Positions 1-8,030 of a stretch of DNA of 64,000 nt are shown one piece after another (position 1 is the stretch's first letter; the number at the start of each line of letters is the position of its first letter). Under the pieces are notes generated by a model. That model searched no databases. It was not told the DNA's origin and saw nothing but the letters and a program-made list of their open reading frames with translations. The stretch comes from a virus: UHGV virus genome UHGV-1550212; one strand, 5' to 3'. The translations under genes were made by a program, and so were the position numbers.

Positions 1-98
1 TTTCTTGTTTGTACAGCCATAGTATGAAATTGTTTGAAGTTTGTCTGTTATTTGTATTGCAGACAAGCTCGAACAATTTCATCATTCAAGTATGTCTG

Positions 99-506
99 CT
101 ATTTGTAGAAAGCGCGATTAATTAACACCCAACGAGTTGTGTTGCCTGCAATAAGAATTGCATATGACATTGCGCCAGTTGCATTTGCTGATACATCTGA
201 GTAGCCTGCTGCATAGTACAATGGCCCATTATTAAATGCAAATGTTGTTGTCGCATTGCAAACTGTTGCATTGCCTACTCGATTAATAACACATGATTCG
301 CCATATGTTAAGTTTGACAATGCGCATGTTATTGCTGACGATGTCGTTATATTATGCACTGTGTTTGCGACTGCATTAAATGACGCAGATTCAAGCGTCG
401 CATTCGCCATCAACGCACTATCAATGAGGTCGCCAAATTGTGCCGAGGTGGGTTTATCTCCGGTTTCAAAATACGTTTTGAGTACCGAACGTGTTTGAAC
501 TGCCAT
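99..506 (-). CDS. small tail-fibre-like protein (135 aa)
   Basis: ATG ORF. The N-terminal LKTYFETGDKPTSAQFGDLIDS motif resembles conserved phage tail-fibre N-termini (recognised from memory, not searched). It lies at the end of the fibre block. Confidence 0.6.
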   Translation of the reverse strand: MAVQTRSVLKTYFETGDKPTSAQFGDLIDSALMANATLESASFNAVANTVHNITTSSAITCALSNLTYGESCVINRVGNATVCNATTTFAFNNGPLYYAAGYSDVSANATGAMSYAILIAGNTTRWVLINRAFYK

Positions 507-610
507 ATGTTTCGATGTTTTAAGTTATGCAATGTGACATGAAAGCAACACTGCAAACTTTCCATCGAATGCAATGTCGCCTACGTTATAACAAGAGATT
601 GAGCCAGATA

Positions 611-629
611 TGTGACCCCCCCCCCAGTT
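611..629. repeat. left arm of inverted repeat: TGTGA-C10-AGTT
   Basis: The C10 homopolymer at 616-625 and its flanks are the reverse complement of 920-936. Confidence 0.85.
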
Positions 630-726
630 CAATTTGAATGTCATAAAGCTTATGAGTTTTTCAAAAATTAAATTGTTTGTTTTATATATTTTGACTGCTC
701 ATATGTACATATCAAAACTCAAAAGA

Positions 727-876
727 TTTGCATCTTGCATCAAAACTCAAAAGTTTTGCATTTTGCATCAAAACAACATCTTAGTTGTTTTGCATCTTGC
801 ATCAAAACAACATCTTAGTTGTTTTGCATCTTGCATCAAAACAACATCTTAGTTGTTTTGCATCTTGCATCAAAAA
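727..876 (+). repeat. tandem array with five copies of the core (G)TTTTGCAT(C/T)TTGCATCAAAAC, including 2.6 copies of a 34-bp unit
   Basis: Cores lie at 727-746, 754-774, 787-808, 821-842 and 855-875. The 34-bp unit GTTTTGCATCTTGCATCAAAACAACATCTTAGTT occurs at 787-820 and 821-854. Confidence 0.9.
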
Positions 877-904
877 CTCAACTCACTTCAAAAACTCAAT
901 TCAT

Positions 905-1261
905 ATGCAAATCCCTCGTAACTGGGGGGGGGCACAACAAGCCCTCCAACAAAGAAAGCTGTTAAAGCAGTTCACCGTACATATTTATACTCGGTACACT
1001 ATACCAATTAGACTGACATTTCTTGATAGAGAATTGCCACAAGAAGTTGGTCCTATTAAAACAGTGACGCCAATGTTGTATGATAATAGTACAGCTATCA
1101 CAATTTACAAAGGCACGCAAGTGTTCTATGATTTGTACTATGATGAAGTTAAGTTTGCTACGCATATCATAGCAACACAAGGCAACACAAACTATGGTGA
1201 AATTGAATTTGACGCTGATGATATCAAAGCATCAGAATATGCAATATACATTGGTATTTGA
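905..1261 (+). CDS. hypothetical small protein (118 aa; alternative start 1073)
   Basis: Only plausible plus-strand ORF here. ATG 905 lies about 30 nt after the last promoter-like repeat copy, and the bidirectional terminator 1333-1364 follows. A G9 tract occupies codons 7-9. The 785-904 part of the tracked ORF is translated tandem repeat. Confidence 0.45.
   Translation: MQIPRNWGGAQQALQQRKLLKQFTVHIYTRYTIPIRLTFLDRELPQEVGPIKTVTPMLYDNSTAITIYKGTQVFYDLYYDEVKFATHIIATQGNTNYGEIEFDADDIKASEYAIYIGI
920..936. repeat. right arm of inverted repeat: AACT-G9-CACA
   Basis: The G9 homopolymer at 924-932 lies inside codons 7-9 of ORF 905-1261. Confidence 0.85.
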
Positions 1262-1332
1262 TAAGTAAATTTGTAAACATTTCAGACTATATTACACTTA
1301 GACTGTATCAATTAAGCGCGTCACAGTGCACA

Positions 1333-1364
1333 AAAAAGACTCAGCAATATTGCTGAGTCTTTTT
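1333..1364. terminator. bidirectional rho-independent terminator
   Basis: Perfect palindrome AAAAAGACTCAGCAAT|ATTGCTGAGTCTTTTT between convergent genes (stops at 1261 and 1381). Confidence 0.85.
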
Positions 1365-1380
1365 ATGCATTTGCAGTTCA

Positions 1381-2136
1381 TTACAGCATATTCCAGTTTG
1401 TCATGTCATACATGTTGAAGTTGAACGCTGATGTAATATGTTCAAGAGCAGTCAAGATGTCATTACCAACTACTGGGTCATTTGCAATAAGCAAAATACA
1501 GTCAGTGACAGACGTATCGACCATGTTGCCTGCTTGAAAATCATTGAGCATTAGCCATTCAGCAAAGCAGTTGTCATAGTACGCAGGCTTGCCTGCAAAC
1601 ACTTTATCATCTCCAAATGATTCAAATGGGTGCGACAATGTCGATGCAAGCAGTTGAATGTCTTCATCTGTGCAATGAGATTCAATTCCCTCAAGCACAA
1701 TTGCTACACGCCACTCATTTGTCTCTGAATCGCCTCTATGAATTTCGTGAATCCAGGGTAAGCATGCAAGTGTATCACCACATGTCAAATTGACATTATC
1801 AAGTGTCTCACCTTGACCTGCGTAGCAATATAAAGTGGAGCCAGTGCCATAACGTAGACAGTCATTTACACTGACATTATCAAGATACACTGAACAAATT
1901 GACAATGCACCTGCACCAAGCCTGTTTGCGGGAATTGTCAACTTATATGTTGGCACGCCATTTGGCTGCACTGTGATAGGTGAGCCTGCTAAGAATTCAC
2001 CAGTGTCAGCATCATAGCATTCGACTTCTTGCATAGTCGCATATGCAGCTTCAAGCAGTGAACCATCTGCTTTATTGATAGCGCCGCTGATAATAGTGTC
2101 ACGAAGAGCCCCCCGCGATTGACTGCTGGCGTTCAA
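1381..2136 (-). CDS. hypothetical virion-module protein (251 aa from TTG 2136; probable 5' extension to ATG 2158 across a G6 tract)
   Basis: Long ORF. The tracked start codon is TTG. An ATG at 2158 in another frame stops after 19 codons, just past the G6 tract (plus-strand C6 at 2109-2114). Confidence 0.7.
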   Translation of the reverse strand: MNASSQSRGALRDTIISGAINKADGSLLEAAYATMQEVECYDADTGEFLAGSPITVQPNGVPTYKLTIPANRLGAGALSICSVYLDNVSVNDCLRYGTGSTLYCYAGQGETLDNVNLTCGDTLACLPWIHEIHRGDSETNEWRVAIVLEGIESHCTDEDIQLLASTLSHPFESFGDDKVFAGKPAYYDNCFAEWLMLNDFQAGNMVDTSVTDCILLIANDPVVGNDILTALEHITSAFNFNMYDMTNWNML

Positions 2137-2227
2137 ACCAGAGTTGAGTAGTTTTCATAAGCGAAAAGACTTTTGTATGTGAAATTTATTGACATATTAT
2201 ATATCATGCTGCACTACGCACAAAAAG

Positions 2228-2256
2228 AAGAGCATCGGTTGATAACCGATGCTCTT
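2228..2256 (-). terminator. rho-independent terminator after the BACON genes
   Basis: 13-bp stem AAGAGCATCGGTT/AACCGATGCTCTT with a 3-nt loop, followed by a U-run in the minus sense. Confidence 0.8.
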
Positions 2257-2304
2257 TCAAGTTCTGCTGTAAACTGTTCAATAGTGTAATCTCGTTGTAC
2301 TCGA

Positions 2305-2919
2305 TTACGATACAGTCCACGGGCAGTTTGCAGTAACCGTAACCGTAACTGCAGGAGTACCGGCCTGAGGAATCTTGATTTCCTGCTTGTCGAGCACCAG
2401 CGTCGGGTCACCAGCAGCCTGAACGATTGCAATCTGAGCAGTCTGGGCACCGTTGGCAGTTACCAAAATCGATGTCGTACGCTCATCAATCGTCAAGTTG
2501 GCGGGAATGTCAAGCTCAATGCTGAACGCAAACTCAGCGCTAGCACCAGGGTCACCAGTGATTGCCACACCGTTGTTGGTTTCTACACCAGCAACCGCGT
2601 ACTTTTCAGGCAGTTCGATAACGAACTCGCCGCCCTCAACGACGCTGAACGTCAGCTTCAATGAGTTAGATACACCGGTTACGGTAAGAGTACCGCCAGC
2701 CTTAGGAGCTGACATCTCTGAACCGTTGTCAAATGACACGAATTCAGCCTTTGCAGTCTGCTGCACATTGTACGTCGAAGGCGTCGAAATACCGGCACCC
2801 TGAACGGTTACGACACCAGTACGTGCAATACGACCAGTGTGGGCGTCAGCAGAGTTGGAAATTGAACCATTACCCGAACCAGATGTCGGGCTAAGTTTCA
2901 ACCATGCGGGTTTAGCCAT
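2305..2919 (-). CDS. BACON-domain protein (204 aa)
   Basis: The N-terminus MAKPAWLKLSPTSGSGNGSISNSADAHTGRIARTGVVTVQ matches the BACON pattern (W-L-x-S-P, G-x-G-N, N-x-G-x-x-R-x-G). It is paralogous to the next two genes. Confidence 0.8.
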   Translation of the reverse strand: MAKPAWLKLSPTSGSGNGSISNSADAHTGRIARTGVVTVQGAGISTPSTYNVQQTAKAEFVSFDNGSEMSAPKAGGTLTVTGVSNSLKLTFSVVEGGEFVIELPEKYAVAGVETNNGVAITGDPGASAEFAFSIELDIPANLTIDERTTSILVTANGAQTAQIAIVQAAGDPTLVLDKQEIKIPQAGTPAVTVTVTANCPWTVS

Positions 2920-2975
2920 TGTTCAAAATTGTTATAAAGTGAGTGTATATGTGTACAAAATTCGATGATTGCTCA

Positions 2976-3575
2976 TCAAAGAATTTTCCAAGAAGCATTT
3001 GATGTCAAGTTCATTGTGATTGTTGTGCCGTCATCATCGACTGTCACAGACTCTGTGCTCAATACAAGAGTTGCTGCCGCAGCTGCTTGAGTAATACTAA
3101 CATTCAATGACTTGCCACCAGGTGTCGTCACTGTCAATACAAATGATTTCTGTTCAATTGTCAAATTTTGCGGTATTGTAACTTCAATTGACCAAGCAAA
3201 CTTTGCAATATATCCAGGGTCATTTGCAATTGCTGTGTCATTTGTTGCAGCGGCGCCATTTGCTGTGTACGCAGTCGGAATGCTAAGATTCGGATTTGTA
3301 GTTGCAAACTTAAGTTTTGCTGCGTTAGACTCACCAGAAACGACAATTTTTGTGGCAGCAGCAATCACATTATATGATGCTGTGCCTGACACAAATTCTG
3401 CAAGAGCAGCTTGGTTAATCGTCGTTTGCTTTGTAACTGTAGGTGTAGTCTTCGTTTGCACAGTCGCAATTGTGCTACGAATGCCTCTACCTGTATGAGC
3501 TCCTGCAGTAAATGCCAGGATATCATTGCCTTCACCAGACATTGGTGAACACTGCGCCCATATAGCTTTTGCCAT
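2976..3575 (-). CDS. BACON-domain protein (199 aa)
   Basis: The N-terminus MAKAIWAQCSPMSGEGNDILAFTAGAHTGRGIRSTIATVQ is BACON-like. It is a paralogue of 2305-2919. Confidence 0.8.
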   Translation of the reverse strand: MAKAIWAQCSPMSGEGNDILAFTAGAHTGRGIRSTIATVQTKTTPTVTKQTTINQAALAEFVSGTASYNVIAAATKIVVSGESNAAKLKFATTNPNLSIPTAYTANGAAATNDTAIANDPGYIAKFAWSIEVTIPQNLTIEQKSFVLTVTTPGGKSLNVSITQAAAAATLVLSTESVTVDDDGTTITMNLTSNASWKIL

Positions 3576-3646
3576 TGTTACTGTGCAATTTTTAATTGTT
3601 TGACATGATATTTATATGCATTGCTTAAGCAATGTTGAATTGACAT

Positions 3647-6600
3647 TTATCGAACAAGGAATGACGTACCAACAACCATATTCGGGATTGCCAAGCCATT
3701 GCCAGACTGGCTTACTGCAACTGTGCCACTTGTGTAACCTGACAATGCTGCAGTAATTGTTGCCGACCTGCTGTTATCTGAACCCCAGTTATTTGCAGCG
3801 GACAATGTCGAACCTCTGATTGTGAATGCGCCATTGTTCGATGAGTACGTTGGAGTAACCGCAGCATCTGATGTTGTAGACTGACCTGTCGTGTACTTTG
3901 TGACAGTTCGACCTGTCGTAGACAATGTTGCAGTGCCACCAGCAGCCCCAAAGCTTGTAACAGTTGAGCTGACAATCAGAGTCTTCGTAGTCGAAGTCAC
4001 ACTGTTGGCTTCCTGTGTAGCAGTGATTGCTTTTGAGCCAGTTTGACCATTCAACGCAACCGTCATATTGACTGTAGCGGTTCTTGCAGAACCAGCAGTT
4101 GTGCCACGATTTGCAGCAGTCAATGAACCGGTTGTACTACTGTTAAGCGTAAAGCCAGTAGTTGTAGCCATACTGTATGAAATTGTACCGCCAGATGTAA
4201 TAGTAGTTTTTGAACCACTTGTGTACGTTGCTGTCTGCGAGTATGCTGGCGTGCCTGTTGGAGTCTTTGTTGCACCTGCTGCAGCAAATGTTGCATATGA
4301 TGTTGCTGTAGTAACTGTGACTGCACTGTATGATACACTGTTAGTTGCTTGATAGACATCAAGTGCTTTTGTAGCAGTCTTAGACCCTTCACCAGTAGCA
4401 GTTGCAGTCAAAGTGCCAATCTTTGTACGAGCTTTAACTGTAGTGCCAAGCGATGATGCGCTGACTTTTGTGCTATACGCAATGCTAACTGAGCCTGCCC
4501 TTGTGCTGCCAGACGTATATGTAATTGTCTGTGATGCACTGATGCCAGACATTGATGCGACTTCACCACCGCCAGCAGGAATATCTGATACAGAACCACC
4601 AGAGATTGTTACTGCGCCATATGTCGTAATTGCATTTGCAGCTTGGTACACATCGACTGCTTTTGTTCCAGATTTGCCATTGACTGTTACAGTAACAGTA
4701 GATGTTGTAATCTTTGTGCGGGCTTTAGCAGTAGTGCCAAGTGAACTACCAGACACTGCGCCAGTAGACGTTGTTACACCAGTACCAGACCATGATTTGC
4801 TGCCGCCAGACGTAACTGTCTGTGTTGAGCCACTTGACCACGTAACTGATTGACTGAATGACACCGTAGGCGTAACTGAGCCGCCTTTTGCAGGAATATC
4901 ACCATAAGTCATCGAAACTGTTGGCATGCCATATGTAGCAGCATTAGCATTTTGAGATGCAGTAGCAGTCTTTGTTCCACTGATAGTCTTTGTGCCTGCT
5001 GCGTTGTATGATGCAGTTGGCGTCCATGTAGCCTTTACAGTCTTTGTGACTGTTGGCGATGTTGTTGCACCACTTGCAGTAGTGCCTTTTGATGATGCGG
5101 TTATAGCACCAGTAGATGCATTGAGTGCAGTGAACAATCCTGATGCGCCTGGCCAGCTATATGATGTTGTAGTTGACAATGAACCATACGTAGATGCTGG
5201 CGCAGTAGTTGAAGTACTGCCACTACTAAAGTGGTATGTTACTGTGTTTGCACCATTTGACGGTGTAGATGTTCCGCCACCTGCAGCAATTGCAGGATAT
5301 GACATCGAACCAACTGCAATATTGAGTGCAGTCACATAGTTGCCTGCCTGATAAATCGTTGCAGACTTGCTGGCAGATTTGCCATTCATTGTGACTTTAA
5401 CAGTCAGTGTACCTGCAGTAGTCTGGTTAGATATTGTAGTGCCCTTTGATTGCACAGTGACTGTCGATGTGTACTCAATTGTTCCGCCGCTTGTCAGTGT
5501 TTCTGTCGTCTTTTCACCAGTAGCATATGTCGTAGTTTTGACTTGCGAATAAGTTACTGTACCAGATTTTACAGAACCGCCGCTTGCTGCAATGATAGTT
5601 GCAGACGGTGTCAAGTTAACTGTGATATCGCTATATGTAACTGTGCCAGCAGATTGAGCTGCTTGATAAACATCTGCAGCTTTTGATGCAGACTTACCGT
5701 TGAGTGCTACTGTGACAGTTAATGTGCCAATCTTTGTTCGTGGCTTAACTGATGTGCCAAGTGATGATGCAGATATACCTGCTGCTGGGCTATATGAAAT
5801 TGTGCCACCAGTAGTAATGTTCTGAGTTGATGTTGATGTGTATGTAGCAGTCTGCGAATATGACACATTGCCACTCTTAATTGTACCACCAGTTGCAGGA
5901 ATATCTGCTACAGTGAAGCTTGAAATTGTAACTGCGCCATATGACACAGTGTTTGCAGCTTGCTTGACTGTGCAAGAACCAGTTTTTGTAACACCGCCCT
6001 CAGTGTATGAGCCAGAAATTGTAATGCTGCGTTCTGCGCCTACGACTGTTGTGCGATTTGCTGCAGTTACTGTAGTAGTCGACAATGTAAAGCCAGTTGC
6101 TGAACCGCTAAGTGTTGCAGATACTGCAGCAGATGACGTTGAGCCTGATGCATATGTGTATGACGCTGTTGAAGTGATTGTAGTTGAACCGCCACCAGCT
6201 GCCAATGTTGCAGCGCCAGGTGTCAATGTCAAGCCATTCAGCGTCTTTGAGTTTGCAGTTTGTGTTGCAGTAGCAGTTTTTGTAGCAGACTTGCCATTGA
6301 TTGCTACCGTAACTGTGACAGCATTTGAAGCATCAGTAGAGCCTACATATGATGTGCCCATTGACGTTACAGTCAATGCGCCACTTGTCGTATTCAATGT
6401 CCAGCGTGACTTAGCAGTCATTGCATAAGACAATGTAGCACCACTTGTCAATGTGCCACCTGAGCCAGCTACGCCATTCCAAGTCCAGACTTGTGAATAT
6501 GAAACAGTTGGGTTTGATGTACCACCAGCAGGAGCAATGTTTGAATATGAGAACGTTCCAATGACAGGCGTTTCATAGACTTTAGCGCCTGCAGCTTGGT

Positions 6601-7975
6601 TAAACGTGATGTCTTTTGATGCAGACTTACCATTTGCGGTGACTGTCAAGGTAACAACAAATCCATTACGTGCAGCAGTAGAATTGTTGTTTGTCACTGC
6701 GACATTCAAGCCAGATAAGCTATAGCCTGTTACAGCAGTTTTGACCGCAGCAGTCCATGTGCCACCTGATGTGTTGCTGTCAGTTGAACCGCTGCTGTAT
6801 GTCATTGACTGCGTAAATGTTGCAGATGCATTGGCTGCAACAGTTTGACCTGCTACTGCAAGAGCAACTGGTGTTGTCTTTGTAATGACTGGCGTGCCAT
6901 ATGTAATGCTGTTAGCAGCTTGTGTAATCGATACAGTAGCAGTTGCATTGCCATATGACGCTGTGCCACTAAATGACCGAGCATCACCGACAGTCTTGCC
7001 ACGATTTGCAGATGTTACAGAATTTGCAGATATCGTAAATCCTGTTGCAGTGCCAGTAATTGTAGGCTTGACATTTGTTTCAGTAGATGTAACAACACCA
7101 TTCCATGTTACAGTGTAAGTGCCTGTGATTGTTGATGTTCCACCTGCTGCAGTATGACTTGTTGAATATGCGTTCAGAGCAAGTTTGTATACGACTGAGC
7201 CTGCTGCTTGTGAACATTTAACAGTCTTCGATAAGTCATGACCACTTACAGTCAGTGTTGGTGTAACTGCTGCAGTTGATGCATTGTTCGGTGTATTGAC
7301 AGTGATTGTTACAGGGCCTGTGCCAGATGCTTTTGAGACTGACCAACCTGCAGGTACGCCTGAAATTGTCCATGCAAAGTCAGGGTTACAAGAAATTGCG
7401 AATGTTTTCGATTCACCCTTTGCAACAAATGACAGAGTTTCTGGTGATACTGCCAATGTTGCACTTGCACCAGCTTGATTTACAGTAAATGCTGCAGACT
7501 CGCCACCAGGCGTTGACAATGTAAAAGTGAACGCCTTTGCAGCGATTGCAGTATGTGCATCAATCTGCACTCGTACAATCACTTCAAATTCAGCATTGAC
7601 ACCAGGGTCATTGTCAAAGTTTGTGTTGAGCTCGTAGTTTTTGCCTGCAACAGTCACGCCAAGCACTGTGCCGCTTGCAGTACCACCAGTACTGCCAAGC
7701 ACAAGTTTTTGTGCATTTGTGACGCATTTCAATGTTGCAATAGTGCCACCATTTGACGCAATGTTTGTAGATGCAACTGTAGCTCGTATAGTTTCACCAG
7801 GAGACTCTTGCAATACTGCACAGTTTTCAGTTACTACTGGTGAACCTGTAGTTGTTTGCGCAGTAAAGCTGCCAGACCTGTTATTTCGACCAGTATGCAC
7901 AGATGCTTTGACAGACAACTGTGAGTTGCCTGTGCCAACATCAGGTGTAACTGTCAACCAAGTAGGCTTTGCCAT
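3647..7975 (-). CDS. giant BACON/Ig-like tandem-repeat surface protein (1442 aa)
   Basis: N-terminal BACON domain (MAKPTWLTVTPDVGTGNSQLSVKASVHTGRNNRSGSFTAQ), followed by more than 10 repeats of about 95 aa with the recurring pattern ...GGT..YSQ..TYTSGS...SLGT..K.RTKIGTLTVT...NGKSA.K...VYQA.N. Confidence 0.85.
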   Translation of the reverse strand: MAKPTWLTVTPDVGTGNSQLSVKASVHTGRNNRSGSFTAQTTTGSPVVTENCAVLQESPGETIRATVASTNIASNGGTIATLKCVTNAQKLVLGSTGGTASGTVLGVTVAGKNYELNTNFDNDPGVNAEFEVIVRVQIDAHTAIAAKAFTFTLSTPGGESAAFTVNQAGASATLAVSPETLSFVAKGESKTFAISCNPDFAWTISGVPAGWSVSKASGTGPVTITVNTPNNASTAAVTPTLTVSGHDLSKTVKCSQAAGSVVYKLALNAYSTSHTAAGGTSTITGTYTVTWNGVVTSTETNVKPTITGTATGFTISANSVTSANRGKTVGDARSFSGTASYGNATATVSITQAANSITYGTPVITKTTPVALAVAGQTVAANASATFTQSMTYSSGSTDSNTSGGTWTAAVKTAVTGYSLSGLNVAVTNNNSTAARNGFVVTLTVTANGKSASKDITFNQAAGAKVYETPVIGTFSYSNIAPAGGTSNPTVSYSQVWTWNGVAGSGGTLTSGATLSYAMTAKSRWTLNTTSGALTVTSMGTSYVGSTDASNAVTVTVAINGKSATKTATATQTANSKTLNGLTLTPGAATLAAGGGSTTITSTASYTYASGSTSSAAVSATLSGSATGFTLSTTTVTAANRTTVVGAERSITISGSYTEGGVTKTGSCTVKQAANTVSYGAVTISSFTVADIPATGGTIKSGNVSYSQTATYTSTSTQNITTGGTISYSPAAGISASSLGTSVKPRTKIGTLTVTVALNGKSASKAADVYQAAQSAGTVTYSDITVNLTPSATIIAASGGSVKSGTVTYSQVKTTTYATGEKTTETLTSGGTIEYTSTVTVQSKGTTISNQTTAGTLTVKVTMNGKSASKSATIYQAGNYVTALNIAVGSMSYPAIAAGGGTSTPSNGANTVTYHFSSGSTSTTAPASTYGSLSTTTSYSWPGASGLFTALNASTGAITASSKGTTASGATTSPTVTKTVKATWTPTASYNAAGTKTISGTKTATASQNANAATYGMPTVSMTYGDIPAKGGSVTPTVSFSQSVTWSSGSTQTVTSGGSKSWSGTGVTTSTGAVSGSSLGTTAKARTKITTSTVTVTVNGKSGTKAVDVYQAANAITTYGAVTISGGSVSDIPAGGGEVASMSGISASQTITYTSGSTRAGSVSIAYSTKVSASSLGTTVKARTKIGTLTATATGEGSKTATKALDVYQATNSVSYSAVTVTTATSYATFAAAGATKTPTGTPAYSQTATYTSGSKTTITSGGTISYSMATTTGFTLNSSTTGSLTAANRGTTAGSARTATVNMTVALNGQTGSKAITATQEANSVTSTTKTLIVSSTVTSFGAAGGTATLSTTGRTVTKYTTGQSTTSDAAVTPTYSSNNGAFTIRGSTLSAANNWGSDNSRSATITAALSGYTSGTVAVSQSGNGLAIPNMVVGTSFLVR

Positions 7976-8030
7976 TTTATGTCGTTTTGTTATTTTCTGT
8001 GATATTTACACACACAATGTAACTTGCATT

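Noticed and set aside
727-876. Possible CRISPR array, given the regularly spaced repeats.
   Set aside because: The units are contiguous tandem repeats with no unique spacers, the unit length is 34 bp in total, and there are no cas genes. The same core recurs upstream of start codons elsewhere.
785-904. The upstream part of ORF 785-1261 (MFCILHQNNILVVLHLASKQ...) and the similar start of ORF 41364-41816 (MFCILHQNNFILFCILHQNN...).
   Set aside because: These peptides are simply the tandem 33/34-bp DNA repeats read as protein. Genuine starts (905 and 41732) follow the arrays.
3712-7756. Many ORFs of 60-196 aa on both strands inside the 1442-aa repeat gene, for example 5838-6428 (+), 4413-4853 (+) and 4992-5339 (+).
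   Set aside because: They lie wholly inside a much longer, clearly coding, repetitive Thr/Ala/Gly/Ser/Val-rich gene. Its codon periodicity suppresses stop codons in other frames. Their translations are low-complexity and lack start contexts.
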